Shown here in pieces: positions 1-9,719 of a DNA stretch of 64,000 nucleotides. The DNA lies in NCBI GenBank assembly GCA_963843575.1, contig CAWJKZ010000013.1, positions 160,001-224,000 on the forward strand, in the 5' to 3' direction. The stretch's first letter is position 1. Every line of letters begins with the position of its first letter. The position numbers were made by a program, and so were the translations under genes. Origin of the DNA: an uncultured Acidobacteriota bacterium (GTDB taxonomy: Bacteria; Acidobacteriota; UBA6911). The notes below the pieces were generated by a model. The model worked only from the letters and a program-made list of their open reading frames with translations. It did no database searches and had not been told where the DNA came from.

Positions 1-349
1 GTATGCGTCCTCCAACGTGTGCCTCGTGCCGCTGAAGAGGGGCACGGCGCAGGACACGTTCCCCTCCAAGATTTACACGGCCATGGCCGCCGGCCGGGCC
101 GTGGTCGCCGCTGCCGACGCGGAATCCGAAACGACGCACCTTGTCCAATCGGCCGGTTGCGGATGGGCCGTGCCTCCCGACGACCCTGAGGCGCTCGCGG
201 CCGTCCTCCGGGATGCCCGGCTGCGCCCTGCGGAGGCGGACGCCAGAGGCCGGTGTGGACGGGAATACGTTGCCGCCCACAATTCCCGGAACGCCGTTCT
301 CGAGCAGTACGACCGGCTCGTGCGGCGCCTGGCCTCCGGTGAAAGATAG
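1..349 (+). CDS. Glycosyltransferase family 4 (WcaI-like), C-terminal part; start lies upstream of the window
   Basis: FPSKIYTAMAAGRAVV and GWAVPPDDPEALA are typical GT-B/GT4 C-terminal motifs. Confidence 0.8.
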   Translation, partial: YASSNVCLVPLKRGTAQDTFPSKIYTAMAAGRAVVAAADAESETTHLVQSAGCGWAVPPDDPEALAAVLRDARLRPAEADARGRCGREYVAAHNSRNAVLEQYDRLVRRLASGER

Positions 350-443
350 CCCCGGATTGCCGCCAGTCGCCGGTTCGCTATGAAATACCGCCCCGCGGCC
401 TTACACTGGGGGCGAGCGTTAACGAGAATCGCATGGTGACCCA

Positions 444-1904
444 ATGAAAGACGAATTCGATCACGCAGGCGCAGGCGCCGAGGCGGACGTCGACTCGCAA
501 GGCCCCGGTTTGGCGGATGCGGTCCGCTTCCTTTATCGAAAGCGCATCAAACTCGGTGTCTGGTTCATCCTGTTCTTCGCGGGCGGCTCCGTGCTGGCGA
601 TCCGCAGCTACCTGGCTTCGCCGAGACTGGTACAGGGGACCTTGGGCCTGAATTTTCGCGGTATCGAAAAACACGAGTACCCGAGCGGCAAGAAATTCAG
701 CGTCGAAGATCTGCGAGGACCCGATGTGCTGGTTCGAGCCCTGGGGGACGCCGGGTTTTCGGAGGAAGGGATCGACGTCAGGCAATTCGCCGCCCACGTG
801 TACGTGACCCCCCTCGTCCCGTCGGAGATCCTGTCGCGGTGGAAAAAACAGGAGCGAGACGGCGTCCGCCGCGAAGAGTATTTCCCGAACGAGTTCCAGC
901 TGGCGCTCGACGTCGGTAAGGCCACCGATCACCAGCGTATCCGACTGTTCGACGCGCTCGTCGAACGCTACCGCGAGCGCATCAAGTTCGACGTCAACCA
1001 GAAGCCCTCGCTCGGGTTTGTCGCGCTCTGGAACACTTCCTACGAGAAGCTTGCCGAAAAGTACGATTTCTGGGATATTCCCGCCCTTTTCGACGGCACG
1101 TCCCAGGCGCTCGCAACCCAGATCGAGAGCCTCATCGAGGAGTCCCTCGAATTCCACGAGTCGAAATACCAGCTCGCGTTCAGGGATATCGCCCGGGATC
1201 TCGGCACGTGGCAAACCACGCGACTTGAGGCGCTGCAGGCCCTGACCTATCAGGGACGGCTGGTGAAGAACCGCGATCTGCTGGAACGCCGCCTGCAATA
1301 CCAAGTCCATGACCTGGACATCAGGATCCGTCAGAAGTCCGAGGAGGCCAACGAAAACATCCGTCTCATCGGGGTGGTTGACCGTCCGAAGACCCTGCTC
1401 GCGGACCAGCTCGGCAACCGCAACAAGGAAGGCATGCCGGTCCTGGACGTGACCGTGCTCGAACGGCTTCTCAAGAGCGACTACGTGGGCCCCGTGGTGG
1501 AGCGGATCATCAAGCTGCAAACCGAGATGCAGGCGATGAAGGCGACGAAGGAACGGCTCGAGCAGCAGCTGACCTGGCTTCCCAAATCGAGCAACATCAC
1601 CCTGGCGCAGCTCCCGGCCGGGCACAAGGAACTGATCCAGTCCCTGACCTCGGAACTCGACGGGATCATCAAAGGCTACAACAAGGTCCTGGACCAGTAT
1701 GTGACCAGCACCATCACCGGCCTGGTCGTCGTCCAACAGGCGCCTACGATCTCGCGCCTGGGCTATCCAATGATCTACATGCTGCTGGGGGTCGCCGGGG
1801 TGAGCGTCTTAGCTTCCGTCTGTGCCCTGGGTCTCGAACACCTCTTCCAGAGCGCCCTACAAGGCGAAGGGCGGGCCAGGAACGTACCGGGACAGAAGTT
1901 CTGA
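444..1904 (+). CDS. Wzz-like polysaccharide chain-length determinant / co-polymerase
   Basis: N- and C-terminal TM helices flank a long coiled-coil region; adjacent to a glycosyltransferase. Confidence 0.6.
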   Translation: MKDEFDHAGAGAEADVDSQGPGLADAVRFLYRKRIKLGVWFILFFAGGSVLAIRSYLASPRLVQGTLGLNFRGIEKHEYPSGKKFSVEDLRGPDVLVRALGDAGFSEEGIDVRQFAAHVYVTPLVPSEILSRWKKQERDGVRREEYFPNEFQLALDVGKATDHQRIRLFDALVERYRERIKFDVNQKPSLGFVALWNTSYEKLAEKYDFWDIPALFDGTSQALATQIESLIEESLEFHESKYQLAFRDIARDLGTWQTTRLEALQALTYQGRLVKNRDLLERRLQYQVHDLDIRIRQKSEEANENIRLIGVVDRPKTLLADQLGNRNKEGMPVLDVTVLERLLKSDYVGPVVERIIKLQTEMQAMKATKERLEQQLTWLPKSSNITLAQLPAGHKELIQSLTSELDGIIKGYNKVLDQYVTSTITGLVVVQQAPTISRLGYPMIYMLLGVAGVSVLASVCALGLEHLFQSALQGEGRARNVPGQKF

Positions 1905-1945
1905 CCGCAGGGCGTCACCACGAGCAGGGGTGGGTGCCCAGGGCA

Positions 1946-2950
1946 CTACAATTCGCCCCTGCTTCTCATCTCCGAGATGGCTTCGTTCCAACCGGCGCGC
2001 AGGTCGTAGGCGCTGGTGAAACCGAGCTCCCTGCGGATCCGTTCACTGACCACGGGGGCGTTCTCCGCGTACTTGTCGATGGCTGCCTGGGTTACGGGAG
2101 GGCGGAACCCGAGCAGGGCGCCGCCGGCCTCGAGCAGGCCCGCCGCGAGGCGCGCTCCCGCCAGCGGGACCGCGAAACGAGGGGGTGTCCGTCCCAACGC
2201 CCGGCACATGGCGTCGATGATCTGCGCCAGCGCGTGCGTCCTGCCGTCCGAGACGTTGAACACCTTGCCCGGGGCGTCCGAGTGCTCCGCCGCCAGCACC
2301 GCCGCCGCCGCCGCGTCGCGGTCATAGACCAGGCTGCGGACGTTCTCCCCCTTGCCCAGCGGCACGAAACGGTGCCGCGCCAGCGCCTCGGCGAGGCTGC
2401 GGTAATTGCCTTTCATACGTGAGCCGTAGACCGCGGCCAGCCGCAACACCACCCCCAGGGGTTGCCCGTCCGCCCTCCTGGCCTGCAGCACGATCCGTTC
2501 GGCGGCGTGCTTGGTCCTGGCGTAGGCCGTGTCGGGATTGGGCGGCGATTCCTCGGAGGCGGCCTCCCGCAGTCGCGAGCCGTACACAGTTATCGTGCTG
2601 GTGAACACGAACCGGGCGACGCCGGCGCGGAGCGCCTCCTGGACCATGACCTCGGTCCCGGTGGTGTTGACCCGCTCGTACTCGGGCGACTGCTGCTGGT
2701 CCGCGTCGGTGATGTGAAGCCGTGCGGCCAGGTGGAAGACAAGCCTGACTCCGGCCGAGACGGATCGTGCCAGGTCGGGGTCGGTGATATCGCCCACGTG
2801 CGCATCCACGTCCGCGGGAAACAGCCCCGGCGAGGGGCGATCCAGGCAGAGGACGCGAACGCGATACCCGCGCCCGAGCAGGGCGTGAACCAACCGCGGG
2901 CCCACAGCACCCGTCGCACCGGTCACCAGGGCGACCGGATCAGCAGCCAT
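1946..2950 (-). CDS. NAD-dependent epimerase/dehydratase (extended SDR)
   Basis: ALVTGATGAVG Rossmann motif, YARTK catalytic YxxxK, VFHLAA. Confidence 0.88.
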   Translation of the reverse strand: MAADPVALVTGATGAVGPRLVHALLGRGYRVRVLCLDRPSPGLFPADVDAHVGDITDPDLARSVSAGVRLVFHLAARLHITDADQQQSPEYERVNTTGTEVMVQEALRAGVARFVFTSTITVYGSRLREAASEESPPNPDTAYARTKHAAERIVLQARRADGQPLGVVLRLAAVYGSRMKGNYRSLAEALARHRFVPLGKGENVRSLVYDRDAAAAAVLAAEHSDAPGKVFNVSDGRTHALAQIIDAMCRALGRTPPRFAVPLAGARLAAGLLEAGGALLGFRPPVTQAAIDKYAENAPVVSERIRRELGFTSAYDLRAGWNEAISEMRSRGEL

Positions 2951-2961
2951 CGAGTCCGTCC

Positions 2962-2993
2962 AATCTGGAGTGCGGCGCCTGGGCGCCGCTTTC
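2962..2993. repeat. REP-like palindromic unit (GGAGTGCGGCGCCTGGGCGCCGC)
   Basis: Near-identical copy at 41359-41390; internal hairpin GCGGCGCC/GGCGCCGC. Confidence 0.6.
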
Positions 2994-3007
2994 CGAGCAC
3001 CGACAAT

Positions 3008-3075
3008 CAACAACTTGCCACGGAAGGCACTGAAGGACTTGTCGGGATCCGATTCCGCGTTCTTCCGCGTCCCTG
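3008..3075. repeat. Intergenic palindromic repeat (CAACAACxTGCCACGGAA family)
   Basis: Shares its first ~27 nt with 9720-9792. Confidence 0.45.
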
Positions 3076-3141
3076 CTTTTCCCCCGTTCCTCGCATCGAG
3101 AGGCGTGTATGGCGTTTAAGGCGAACCGCCGCACTTCCTGC

Positions 3142-6100
3142 TCAGAGCACTGTCACCGACAGGCCCCGATTATCGATGTCGAGGTCGAAAAACCGGGCCA
3201 GCGCGTTGGGGGGATGCACCGCGAGGTGGCGGCGAACGCGTCCCGCTGCCTCCTCGTCGCGCGCCACCATCAGGAGGAAACCGCCGCCACCGGCTCCCGG
3301 CAGCAGCCGGCCCGTCAGATACCGGTTCAACGGCCTGATCAGCGCCTCGATCCTGGCATTGGTGGAGCCGGGGTCGATCTGTTTCTTGAGTTCCCAGTAT
3401 CTGTCGATGCCACGGCCGAACCCGTCGGCGTCGCCCGAGCCTAGTTCGCTCTCCATGCGTTCGGCGGCACCCTTTAACTGGTGAATGATCTGGATGGTCT
3501 CGGCGTCGCGCGCCAGATATCGTGCGACCACGTTCTGCAGGATGTTCCTGGCCATGCGGGTGTATCCGGTGTAGTAGAGGAGCATCCGGGAACGGAACGA
3601 GCCGCCGGGCGAGAAATCGAACGCGATGCGGTGGATGCTGGGAGTCTGGTCCACTGCGGCCCTGGTGCGTATGAGTTTCACTCCCGGTTCAATGCCGCCG
3701 ATCTGGTCCTGCCATCCTCCCCCCGTGGTCATCATCTGTTCCAGGATGCTGGTCCGGGCGATCAGCGTCTCCCTCGGCAGGGATTCGCCGAGCACCCGCG
3801 CCATGCAGGCGAGCACGGCCGCACCCAGGATTGAGCTGGTACCCAGGCCCGAGCCCTTCGGCAGGGCGGAGAAAAGCGTGATGTCCAGGCCTCCCCCGAG
3901 GCGGTGCAGCCACCTCCGGAGGGGCACCCGGGGATCCCGTGGGCAGATCCCGGCGAGGATCAGCGCCGCCTTCGGGAGAGCGGCCCAGTGGCGCGGATCG
4001 ACGCACTCTTCAGGCGAGGGGGTGGTCAGGATGTCCACCCTTTCTGCCAGATCCAGGCTCGTCAGGGTGATGCGCGGCTTCTCCTGCAGCTTGGCGATGA
4101 CCTGGACCGGGTACTGGCCATTGAGGGTCACCGCCGCGTTCAGCACCGTCCCGCCCATTTCGGTACAGATCGGGGGCGTGTCCGACCATCCTCCCGAAAA
4201 GTCGGTTCGCACAGGACAGGTGACCCACACGACCTGGTCCGGCAGCACCTTGGCCGGGCGGGGCTCATCAGGGATCTGGACATTTCGGGACACGGCCTGT
4301 GCGACGAGCGCGAAGGCGTTCTTCTCCATGGAGCCGCGGCGCATCCCGTGCTGTGACGGGAGCCCCCGGCGGTGCCGGCGCGCGACGAGATGCGCGAACT
4401 CGTAGAGGTGGGCCCGGAGCAGTGAATCTTCGCTGCGGTCGAGCAGCCTGGCGATCTGCGCCTGGACCAGCCCGGCTTCGCGGCCGTCCTTGATCATGCC
4501 TAGCAGCCTGGAAGCCGGGAACCGGGGACCGCCTTCAAACCGGCGCTCCAGAGTGAACAGTTCGGCCACGCGCCGATTCTCCTCCCGCTGATTGCGCATG
4601 CGGTCGTGATCAACCCTTCCCAGCACTTCGTCCATGCAGAGCCGCGGCCGCTTCGCCCAGCGCGCGACCCGGTCCTTTCGCGGCGGGCCGCACATCCAGA
4701 GCGTCGCCTCGAGGACGCCGTCGATCTCCCCGACGCTCCACAACCTCGCGTTCCACAGGGTGCGCCGCGCCGGATCGATGCCTGGCCAGAGGCTGGACTC
4801 CGAGAGTCCCGTGGACCCCAGGAATTCGAGGAGGGGGCGATTGCCGAACGTCCCGCCCTCGCCCGCCGGAGTCTTGAAGTCGTCCGCTATGCCGAAGAGG
4901 ACGACAGCCCAGGAGTCTTGCGGGGCCGGCCGCTTCCTTCCCGCGCGGGTCCTCCGAGCAGTCGCCGCCCGGACCGGCAGGCACACTGCCCCCCATCCTT
5001 CCGGCAGCCTCAAGGCGGTACTGGCCTCGTGCGGCCACCCCACCACCACGTTCGAGCGAGGCAGGTCCACGGCCTGCTCCGTACGCACCGATTCGAGGAG
5101 CACGCCGGGGCCCGCGTTGATCTGCGCTGATTCCAGCACGCTGTTGTAGACGAACGCCCCCTCCACCGAAGCCCGCGCCGCGACGTACGACTGGTCGAAG
5201 TTCGCGAAGCCGTGGGCCCTGGCGGTCCGGTTGAGGGTCCCGACGTTCGAGAGGAGCTCTCGGGTCGTCCCGACGTGGAAGAAATCGCAGAAAGGCAGGA
5301 TGTTTACCTGGAACGGCTGCCGGTGCAACGACCGGTGCAGCGCCACGAGGCGGGTGCGATTCCACCGGGCTCCGCTTCGCGTGCGGGCCAGCGCTGCCCG
5401 CACGTAGGCTTCTTCGTCGAGCGCGGGGACGAAGGCCATCAACCACTGTTCGTAAAGATCCAGCGGGGGACCGACGCCGCGCAGCAAGTCGTCGAGGAGG
5501 CCGCGGGCTATCGACAGCCGGCCGCCCGCCAGCCGCGCGCCCGCAGCCTTGAGCCAGAGCGCCACGCTTTCCGGGTCGAGGCTCAACAACCCGGTGTCGA
5601 CCAGCACTCGCCCGGCTTCGTCGACAGCTCCCCGGGCCAGCGCCGTGGCCTCGTCGGGCTTCTGGAGGAAATCCAGCACACGACCACCCCGGTCGGCCAC
5701 GTAGACTCCGTGCCTGCTGCCGCGTTCGATCGTGCCGGGGTAGGCTACTCCGGTCACGCCCGGCCTGTCGAAACGGACCGCTTCGGGGGCGAATGTCAGC
5801 AGCACGTCCCCCGCCGCAATCAGGACCTGCCCCTGCGCCGGGGCGCTCAGGGAGGCGAGGCCGGAGACGATCAGATCGAAGAGTGCGGCGGGAGCGCCGT
5901 CGGCGGTGGTGCAGGGAAGGGGGAGAAACACCTTGCCCTGGGCGGCATAGCTGCACAGCCGGCGGCTGTCGCCGCCGGAGTGGATGATGAGGATGCGCTG
6001 CTTTTCGAAGAGGCTGCGAATGGAAGGGGCGTCCGGCCGGCGGCGTAACAGGTTCCGGGCGAGGCACAGGAGAACCCAGAGGGTCGACCCGCCGGACCCG

Positions 6101-6249
6101 GCGCGGCGGCCGCGAGGGTCCGGAATGACGAGCACGCGCGCAGGAACGGGGAACGGGTGGCGGCCTCGCCTGGCCTGGATCTGCGCTCGGTATGCGCGCG
6201 CCTGCGCCCGATTGGATGCGGTGACCACCAGCCAGTCGACGTCCGGCAT
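3142..6249 (-). CDS. fkp: Bifunctional L-fucokinase / GDP-L-fucose pyrophosphorylase
   Basis: N-terminal GSGGST...IIHSGGDSRRL..GKVF pyrophosphorylase-like region; C-terminal GHMP kinase with PVRTDFSGGWSDTPP, LPKGSGLGTSS, GGGWQDQIGG and GAGGGGF. Confidence 0.88.
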   Translation of the reverse strand: MPDVDWLVVTASNRAQARAYRAQIQARRGRHPFPVPARVLVIPDPRGRRAGSGGSTLWVLLCLARNLLRRRPDAPSIRSLFEKQRILIIHSGGDSRRLCSYAAQGKVFLPLPCTTADGAPAALFDLIVSGLASLSAPAQGQVLIAAGDVLLTFAPEAVRFDRPGVTGVAYPGTIERGSRHGVYVADRGGRVLDFLQKPDEATALARGAVDEAGRVLVDTGLLSLDPESVALWLKAAGARLAGGRLSIARGLLDDLLRGVGPPLDLYEQWLMAFVPALDEEAYVRAALARTRSGARWNRTRLVALHRSLHRQPFQVNILPFCDFFHVGTTRELLSNVGTLNRTARAHGFANFDQSYVAARASVEGAFVYNSVLESAQINAGPGVLLESVRTEQAVDLPRSNVVVGWPHEASTALRLPEGWGAVCLPVRAATARRTRAGRKRPAPQDSWAVVLFGIADDFKTPAGEGGTFGNRPLLEFLGSTGLSESSLWPGIDPARRTLWNARLWSVGEIDGVLEATLWMCGPPRKDRVARWAKRPRLCMDEVLGRVDHDRMRNQREENRRVAELFTLERRFEGGPRFPASRLLGMIKDGREAGLVQAQIARLLDRSEDSLLRAHLYEFAHLVARRHRRGLPSQHGMRRGSMEKNAFALVAQAVSRNVQIPDEPRPAKVLPDQVVWVTCPVRTDFSGGWSDTPPICTEMGGTVLNAAVTLNGQYPVQVIAKLQEKPRITLTSLDLAERVDILTTPSPEECVDPRHWAALPKAALILAGICPRDPRVPLRRWLHRLGGGLDITLFSALPKGSGLGTSSILGAAVLACMARVLGESLPRETLIARTSILEQMMTTGGGWQDQIGGIEPGVKLIRTRAAVDQTPSIHRIAFDFSPGGSFRSRMLLYYTGYTRMARNILQNVVARYLARDAETIQIIHQLKGAAERMESELGSGDADGFGRGIDRYWELKKQIDPGSTNARIEALIRPLNRYLTGRLLPGAGGGGFLLMVARDEEAAGRVRRHLAVHPPNALARFFDLDIDNRGLSVTVL

Positions 6250-6260
6250 GCGGGCTCCGG

Positions 6261-6821
6261 CTACCAGAGTTTGTAGAACTCCCGCTCGGACAGAACCCCA
6301 TTCCGATCGCGGTCCAGGCGCTTGAACGCGTCGTCGGTGTCCTGCCACTCGCTGCGCGTGATGAGGCGGTCCCTGTTGACGTCCATGTTGGCGAACACCT
6401 CGTTCCACGATCGGGCGTTGGGCGAGCGGTACTCTTCCCGGGTGATCAGGCCGTCCCGGTCGGCGTCGATGTGCGCGAAGGCGCGTTTCGTCCCCTTCCA
6501 CTCGATGGCGGAGATCGTCCCATCCTTGTCCGTGTCCAGTTTCGCGAAGCGTTCGTCGACGGCGGGGTCAACGGGGTACCCGCCGCGCTCCTGACCTTCT
6601 TTCCCGGCCGCCTCGTCGCGTGACAGCATGCCGTCCTTGTTTTCGTCGTTGTTCGCAAAATAGCGGTTCCATTCGTCGCGCGTGATGAAACCGTCGCGGT
6701 CGGCGTCGATGCGGCGGACCAGGTCGGTCGGGTTCAGGTCCGGATCGAGTCGCTGCTGGGCTAATCCGAATGATGCGGAAACGGCCAGGCCGATTCCGAC
6801 AAGCATGGCTCTGAACTTCAT
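6261..6821 (-). CDS. Secreted EF-hand repeat protein (six EF-hand-like loops)
   Basis: Signal peptide; loops DADRDGFITRDE, DENKDGMLSRDE, DTDKDGTISAIE, DADRDGLITREE, DVNRDRLITRSE, DRDRNGVLSERE. Confidence 0.85.
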   Translation of the reverse strand: MKFRAMLVGIGLAVSASFGLAQQRLDPDLNPTDLVRRIDADRDGFITRDEWNRYFANNDENKDGMLSRDEAAGKEGQERGGYPVDPAVDERFAKLDTDKDGTISAIEWKGTKRAFAHIDADRDGLITREEYRSPNARSWNEVFANMDVNRDRLITRSEWQDTDDAFKRLDRDRNGVLSEREFYKLW

Positions 6822-7114
6822 GTTTCCTCCGAATGGTCGAATTCTACCGCAAAGTCGGGTTGATTGACGCGGGGATTTGCTGGGCAGATCCCCGCGTCTG
6901 CCCCTATTTACTTCTGTCCACGCGGTCTTCGGCCGAAAAGTACAGAGTGGGCCGCGGCGGCTCGACGCGACCCGTGGATTTTGTCAGACCGCCCCCGCCG
7001 ACCCCAGAGGGGTAGCCGCGGCCGGTGGTTTTCACGGTCCTGTCATAGTCTGGGAGCACTGTCATTACGCGACGCCGCGACAAGGTAAGAAATCACTCCG
7101 GCTGCTTCGATGGA

Positions 7115-7801
7115 TTGGATCTGGCTGCGGCACTTCGGATCCTGCGCAACGCCGGCCGGCCGGACCCATGCGATTTGGGCGGCAGCTCGGCCGAGGTGCT
7201 GCAGGCCGTCATCGACAGCCTGTGCGATCTTTCGGTGCACGACGGCCTGACGGGGCTGATGAACGCGACCTTCTTCCATGCGGCCCTGATGAGGGAAGTC
7301 GATCGGAGCTCCCGGACCGGCCGGAACTGCGGGCTGCTGGTCCTCGACATAGACCATTTCAAGACGATCAACGACACCCACGGCCACGGGGCAGGGGACA
7401 CGATCCTGCAGCTCTTTGCTGCCCGCATGCGGGAACTCCTTCGAACCATGGACACCGCCGCCCGAATTGGCGGGGAGGAATTTGCGGTGATCCTTCCCGA
7501 GTGCACTCCCGAAGGGGCAGTGCGGGCGGCCACGCGAGTCCACTCCGCCCTGTGTCCGCTCAACCTCCGGATAGGCGCGACGGACGTTTCCATAACGGTG
7601 AGCGCCGGGCTTGTCTGGACCGACGTGCGGGCGGTGCTGGGTCCGGCCTCGCTGCTGGCGCTGGCCGACCAGGAGATGTACCGCGCGAAACGGTCCGGGC
7701 GCTGTCGCCTTTGCCATCCGCCGCTCGGGACGACGCAGGTCAGCCGCGAGGAGAGACTGCTGCTCGCATTCCCTCGCCGGGGAGGGCCCGATGCGGCCTG
7801 A
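7115..7801 (+). CDS. Diguanylate cyclase (GGDEF domain)
   Basis: DGLTGLMN, DIDHFKTINDTHGHGAGD, ARIGGEEF, RxxD I-site (RTMD); start codon uncertain. Confidence 0.88.
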   Translation: MDLAAALRILRNAGRPDPCDLGGSSAEVLQAVIDSLCDLSVHDGLTGLMNATFFHAALMREVDRSSRTGRNCGLLVLDIDHFKTINDTHGHGAGDTILQLFAARMRELLRTMDTAARIGGEEFAVILPECTPEGAVRAATRVHSALCPLNLRIGATDVSITVSAGLVWTDVRAVLGPASLLALADQEMYRAKRSGRCRLCHPPLGTTQVSREERLLLAFPRRGGPDAA

Positions 7802-8567
7802 AGGGGGCGCGCGGCGCTACGCGGTGCTGAGCGGCAAAGGGGGCGTGGGCAAGTCCGTCGTCTCGGCCAACCTTGCGGCCGCCTTTTCGGCTGCCGGCCT
7901 GCGGACACTGGTGATCGACGCCGATCTGGGACTCGCCAGCCTGGACGTGATCCTGGGTATCGACGCGACTGCGACCCTGCACGACGTGCTCCGGGGAACG
8001 CACCGTTTCGAAGAAGTCGTGGTTGCCACGCCCGGGCACTTCGATCTGTTGCCCGCCGGCACCGGGCTGCTCGAGGGCACCGTGCTGACGGCCGACACGT
8101 CAGCGTCGCTGACGACCCTCCTGGATTCGGTGGATCGTCTGTACGACGCTGTCATCTACGATGTGGGCGCCGGCATTGGAGACATGGTCCTGTTCTTTGC
8201 GCAACAGGCGGACCTTGTCCTGGTCGTGGCCAACCCGGAACCCACCTCGGTAATGGACGCCTATGCGACCATCAAGGTCCTCGTGCACGAATACGGCCGC
8301 CGTGAGGTCCACCTGGTGGTGAACCGGGGCGACCCGCGCGACCCGGCCCGCACCGGAGCTACCGTGGCGGCAAACTTGCAGCAGGTAGTGTCGCAGTTCC
8401 TGCGCCAGGACGACGGTCCTCCCGTGCGGGTCGTGCTCGCGGCATCGATCCCTTCCGATCCGGCGCTGGCGCGCTCGGTTGCGGCCCAACGACTCCTGTA
8501 TGCCTCCGATCCCCGCGCACCCTCCATGCGCGCCGTCACACTACTGGCCCAGGCCGTCCGGCCCTGA
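7791..8567 (+). CDS. MinD/FlhG(FleN)-family ATPase
   Basis: SGKGGVGKS deviant Walker A, DADLGLA, PEPTSVMDAYATIK; overlaps the GGDEF stop. Confidence 0.88.
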   Translation: MRPEGGARRYAVLSGKGGVGKSVVSANLAAAFSAAGLRTLVIDADLGLASLDVILGIDATATLHDVLRGTHRFEEVVVATPGHFDLLPAGTGLLEGTVLTADTSASLTTLLDSVDRLYDAVIYDVGAGIGDMVLFFAQQADLVLVVANPEPTSVMDAYATIKVLVHEYGRREVHLVVNRGDPRDPARTGATVAANLQQVVSQFLRQDDGPPVRVVLAASIPSDPALARSVAAQRLLYASDPRAPSMRAVTLLAQAVRP

Positions 8568-8668
8568 GAAACAACACCGCTCGGCAGCCGTTCCCTGGAC
8601 CCTGAAAAAAGTGTGATTCGACCGGCACGGCGATTGTTATAGACTGATCCGAACAGGAGGGCGGCACA

Positions 8669-9688
8669 GTGGACACCACACCCGTTACCGCCTCGGCCGG
8701 AGAGCGCCGAGAAGCACCATCCATCGGCCTGGTTCGAGAGGCGGCGGCTGGGGATGCCGACGCCCTGATCCGGCTGTACGACACGACGGGCGCAGCTGTC
8801 CTGGGGTTCATCCTCAGCCTGCTTTCCACCCGAGACGCCGCCGAGGAGGTGCTGCTTGACACCTACACCGACGCGTGGCGCCAGGCGCCCTCGGTGGATC
8901 CCGGCCGCGGCGATGCCCTCGATTGGCTCAAGACCCTCACACGCGCCCGCGTGATCAAAAAACTGCACTCCGGCGACGCCGGCGTCAGCCCGGTCGGCAA
9001 GGACAGCGCCGATCCGGCTCCGGTGTCTCCACCGGAATACCTCAAAGACCTGCTGCTCGCTCGGCTCGCCCGCGAACCCCAGAATCCTGCGCCAAACCCG
9101 CCCTTCGCGGTCCCGCGTCCGTCCGGACCCGGAGCCGCCGACCCGGGGCGCGCCTGGTCTCCCTGGATTTTGTCGGCTGCCCTGGCCGTGGCGGCCGCCC
9201 TGGTCTTCTTCAACTGGCGCGCGGCCGAGCGGGCGAGCGAAGAACTCTCCAGTCAGGTTGCGGAGACGCTGCGCGACGCCGAGCAGATGCGGGAAAAGCT
9301 GAAGGCTCAAACCGCCAGGACCGACGAACTCGACCAGATCGACGCCCTGCTGCGGAGCCCCGGAGTGCGCATCCTTTCGGTGGAGAGCCTACCTGCCGCA
9401 CCGCATGTTTCCCTGTCGGTGTTCTGGGATGCCCAGGCGGGCAGATGCCTCCTGATGGGCATGCTGCCGGTGCCGCAGGCCGGTAAGCAGTATCAGCTCT
9501 GGCTCGTGACGCCCTCGGGCAAGGCAAGCATCGCGCTGCTCGAGCTCGACACGGCGGGGCGCGTCTTTATGAAGGTCCCTTTCCCTGCGGTCGTCCCCAG
9601 ACCCGCGAGCCTGCAAATCACGCTGGAACCTCGGGGCGGTTCGCCCCAGCCGTCGACTGATACGTATGCGGCCGGCAAGATCGGCTGA
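8669..9688 (+). CDS. ECF sigma region-2 fused to an RskA-type anti-sigma (TM plus extracytoplasmic domain)
   Basis: N-terminal GDADALIRLYD...AAEEVLLDTY..AWRQA..WL is sigma2-like; then PP..LK..LLARL, a TM helix, YQLWLV and ITLEPRGGSPQPS of RskA. Confidence 0.72.
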   Translation: MDTTPVTASAGERREAPSIGLVREAAAGDADALIRLYDTTGAAVLGFILSLLSTRDAAEEVLLDTYTDAWRQAPSVDPGRGDALDWLKTLTRARVIKKLHSGDAGVSPVGKDSADPAPVSPPEYLKDLLLARLAREPQNPAPNPPFAVPRPSGPGAADPGRAWSPWILSAALAVAAALVFFNWRAAERASEELSSQVAETLRDAEQMREKLKAQTARTDELDQIDALLRSPGVRILSVESLPAAPHVSLSVFWDAQAGRCLLMGMLPVPQAGKQYQLWLVTPSGKASIALLELDTAGRVFMKVPFPAVVPRPASLQITLEPRGGSPQPSTDTYAAGKIG

Positions 9689-9719
9689 GTCGGCGTGCGG
9701 CGCCGCTCAAATACAACTG

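Noticed and set aside
6261-6821. Lanmodulin
   Set aside because: Loops lack the proline at position 2 typical of lanmodulin EF-hands, and no xoxF/lanthanide genes are nearby
6866-6906. Strong hairpin as a riboswitch upstream of the GGDEF gene
   Set aside because: No recognisable aptamer; looks like a REP-type palindrome remnant
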